Positions 61,684 through 64,000 of a DNA stretch of 64,000 nt are shown piece by piece. The DNA lies in the NCBI GenBank assembly GCA_963803435.1, contig CAWDML010000001.1, forward strand, positions 2,624,001 through 2,688,000, in the 5' to 3' direction. The translations under genes and the position numbers were made by a program. Source of the stretch: an uncultured delta proteobacterium. GTDB taxonomy: Bacteria > Myxococcota > Kuafuiibacteriia > Kuafuiibacteriales > Kuafuiibacteriaceae. Numbering within the stretch: position 1 is the stretch's first letter; the number at the start of each line of letters is the position of its first letter. Under the pieces are notes generated by a model, which did not search any database, had not been told where the DNA came from, and saw only the letters and a list, made by a program, of their open reading frames with translations.

Positions 61684-63548
61684 GACGCACCCGTCGTGCG
61701 GACCGCGAGCGACACGAAGTACGCTCGGCCCGGTAGCGGGATCTTGTTCACCGACTGGAGACCTCGATCGTCGAGCAGGTTGGTGGTTCGAAACGCGACC
61801 GAGAGCCAGTCGAGCGGGCTCGCCTCCAGACCCGCGTCCCAGCGGACGAACACCGGTACGCGGGTCTCCTCCCGATCGGATCCGACGCGCGTCGAGGTCG
61901 GCCCGAACCCGCGGACCGACGTGAACACCGTGACCGGTCCAATCCCGAGATCGAGCTGACCCGCCGCGCTGTAGAGCGGTTGAGTGGGGAGGCGCTCACC
62001 GGTCTCCACCAGCTCGGAGAACAGGAGCGAGAGCGATCCGGAGGCGCGAAGTCGGACCAGGCCCAGCGTCAGGTCGCCGTCGAGCTCCAGCTCGCCGCCC
62101 AGCGCGCGCGCATCGCCCAGGTTCTCCGGCCGGACCTCGAACGCGTTTCTGTTCACGTACAGGATGACGTCCGAGATGCTCCGCGCGAACACGCCGGCGG
62201 AAGCGCGCAGGTGCTCGATCCCCCAGTCGGCGCCCAGCTCCGCCTCCCACGCGGTCTCCGGCGAGAGCGCCGGGTTCCCCGAGAACCCCGCCTCCGACGG
62301 GCGGTAGAGCTCGTCGATCGAGGGCGTACGCAGCGAGCGACCGATCCCGAACCGCAGCACCAGCCCGTCCGCCGGCGCGCAGGTGAGGCCGGCGCGCGGA
62401 AGGAGCGCGACGCTCTGGCCGCCGACACCGACGGCACGGGCCGCCGCGAACAGCGTCGCCGATCCCAGCGCCAGCTCGTCCGAGAGCGCGAGCGACCAGC
62501 GAAATCGCGACGGATCACCGTGCTCGGTCGAGCGCGCGATCTCGCCGCCCACCTCGGCGAGCGCCCGCGCGAGCTGCCCGCCCGGGAGCTCGATCTCGGC
62601 GCCAGCACCCGCGGTGGTGGCGACGAACGCGCTCTTCGACATCACCTCGAGCGGGGGATCCTCGTAGGCGAGCGAGAGGAATGCGCCGCTGATCCCGAGC
62701 GTGAGGAGCCCGCGCGGGATCGGGTGTTCGACCCCGATCCGCGCGTGTGCGTTCGCCTGGGTCTCGCGCGCCTCGGGGTGCTCGTCGGAGATCAAACCCG
62801 GCACGCCGGCGCGTCGAAACGATCCGAAGGCCGCCGCGGTGACGCGGTTGTCGCCGAGCGACTGCTCGGCCGAGAGCGCCACCGAGCCGCGGCGCGCATC
62901 GTTGTTGGTCCGCCTGCGCTCGACGTCGGAGAGCCCGAACGCGCGATCGGCGTAGTCGAAGCCGCCCGCGGTCTGCTGATAGCTCGCCGACAACGAGAGC
63001 GGCGCCATCGCCGCGTAGCCACCGGCCGTGATCGTCCCGAACAATCCGCCGCTCATCGACGCCGATGCGGAGGGTTCGTCCTTCGGCCGCCGCGACTCGA
63101 CCAGCAGTACGCCGGTGAGGGCGCCGTCCCCGTAGAGCGCGCCCTGGCCGCCCCGCAGCACGCGCATCGAGCCCACCGCCTCCGGGTGAAGGATCCCGAG
63201 GTCCACCCCGGTCGCGAAGGAGGATCCCAGGACCACGCCGTCGACCACCGTCAGCAGCTGCGCAGGCGCGCCGCCGCGGATGGTGAGCCGCCGCTCGCCG
63301 ACCGGACCGCCGAAGTCGAGGGCCCGCGCACCGGCCACGGCGTCCAGGAGCTCGCCGATCTCTTCGCCTCGCCGCCTGGCCTCGCGAAGCCGCTCGGCGG
63401 AGAGGTCGGACGACGACGCGCTGGGATCGCCGGTCACCGCGGGCATCCCGGTGACGACGAGCTCTTCGGTCGCGGTAGAGGTGGCCGTCGACGAAAACGC
63501 GGCCAATAGTATGGAGAGTCCGCTCAAGTTCCCTCCCTCCCGTTCCAC
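61680..63548 (-). CDS. btuB: TonB-dependent receptor, BtuB-like
   Basis: TIRGG plug, VLRGGQGALYGDGALTG, GNPALSPE, NLLD, PGRAYFVSL; downstream of the riboswitch. Start codon uncertain. Confidence 0.8.
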   Translation of the reverse strand: MEREGGNLSGLSILLAAFSSTATSTATEELVVTGMPAVTGDPSASSSDLSAERLREARRRGEEIGELLDAVAGARALDFGGPVGERRLTIRGGAPAQLLTVVDGVVLGSSFATGVDLGILHPEAVGSMRVLRGGQGALYGDGALTGVLLVESRRPKDEPSASASMSGGLFGTITAGGYAAMAPLSLSASYQQTAGGFDYADRAFGLSDVERRRTNNDARRGSVALSAEQSLGDNRVTAAAFGSFRRAGVPGLISDEHPEARETQANAHARIGVEHPIPRGLLTLGISGAFLSLAYEDPPLEVMSKSAFVATTAGAGAEIELPGGQLARALAEVGGEIARSTEHGDPSRFRWSLALSDELALGSATLFAAARAVGVGGQSVALLPRAGLTCAPADGLVLRFGIGRSLRTPSIDELYRPSEAGFSGNPALSPETAWEAELGADWGIEHLRASAGVFARSISDVILYVNRNAFEVRPENLGDARALGGELELDGDLTLGLVRLRASGSLSLLFSELVETGERLPTQPLYSAAGQLDLGIGPVTVFTSVRGFGPTSTRVGSDREETRVPVFVRWDAGLEASPLDWLSVAFRTTNLLDDRGLQSVNKIPLPGRAYFVSLAVRTTGAS

Positions 63549-63569
63549 GAGGAGGATCGAGTCATTGCG

Positions 63570-63740
63570 AGCGGTCGGTCTCCTGGCTCACAGGCTTCAC
63601 GCGCGCCGCCTTCCCCGACCGGCGGATCGCGGGATCCGAGGTCGAGTGGCCTGCCGGCGCACGCTGCGCAAAGCGCGCCTGCTCACAGTGGCGGGTCCGC
63701 GCCGGAATCGCACCGGCTTCTCGAGCACCCGCTCGCCGGG
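63570..63740 (-). ncRNA. Cobalamin riboswitch
   Basis: The - strand has GAAGCCGGTGCGATTCCGGCGCGGACCCGCCACTGTGA ... GGGAAGG ... GAGCCAGGAGACC (B12 box); boundaries approximate. Confidence 0.88.
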
Positions 63741-63768
63741 AGAGTAGCGCCGGGCCGTCCGGCCGCTG

Positions 63769-64000
63769 TCAAGGGCAGCCGTGGGCCTCGCAGACCAGGT
63801 CGCTCCGATCGGCGGCCAGGCTGATGCCGAAAGCGGCCGCGAACACCGCCGCGCCCACCGCCGCCTCGATCCAGGGGATGCGGTCGTCGTCGGGCTCGAT
63901 CAGCGGACCGACGATCCACGCCGCGCCCAGGCCGGCCAGGCTGTAGCCGAGCGGAAGGATCGGTGGGCCCTTGCCGTTGGCGCCGACGGCGGGATCGGCC
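63769..64000 (-). CDS. C-terminal part of a membrane protein (5' end outside window)
   Basis: Open frame ...LPLGYSLAGLGAAWIVGPLIEPDDDRIPWIEAAVGAAVFAAAFGISLAAD...CP stop. Confidence 0.5.
   Translation of the reverse strand, partial: ADPAVGANGKGPPILPLGYSLAGLGAAWIVGPLIEPDDDRIPWIEAAVGAAVFAAAFGISLAADRSDLVCEAHGCP

Overview
High-GC bacterial DNA, most likely Myxococcota (a MYXO-CTERM-type sorting tail is present), in two halves. (1) 1-23.1 kb is the end of an accessory, defence-like island. It holds a coupled operon (SNF2 helicase, Mre11/SbcD-like nuclease, Rad50/SbcC-like ATPase, HIRAN, ASCH), then a second HIRAN paralogue. Next come a ~4.9-kb frameshifted giant gene (XRE-HTH ... Zn ribbons) and a coupled ~5.2-kb DEAH helicase, together resembling Druantia type III druH/druE. 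An IS21 element with a second IS21 nested in its istA follows. The island ends at an att-like junction: arm-like 11-bp-period repeats plus a 24-bp duplication of a host gene 3' end. (2) 23.2-64 kb looks like core chromosome: APH-family kinase, site-2 protease, TetR with three operator palindromes, a 30-heme cytochrome c coupled to a predicted outer-membrane beta-barrel, and a TonB2-like uptake operon divergent from a PhoB-like regulator with a pho-box-like repeat. It also carries a GT21-PAP2/GNAT/acyltransferase/agmatinase operon, an IS1182-disrupted gene, a MarR-linked RND pump, RhlE, and a cobalamin-riboswitch-controlled B12 uptake operon. Many genes, mostly at 9-18 kb, are broken by apparent small indels that may be long-read assembly errors rather than real lesions. 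All family assignments come from reading motifs by eye; no database searches were run.
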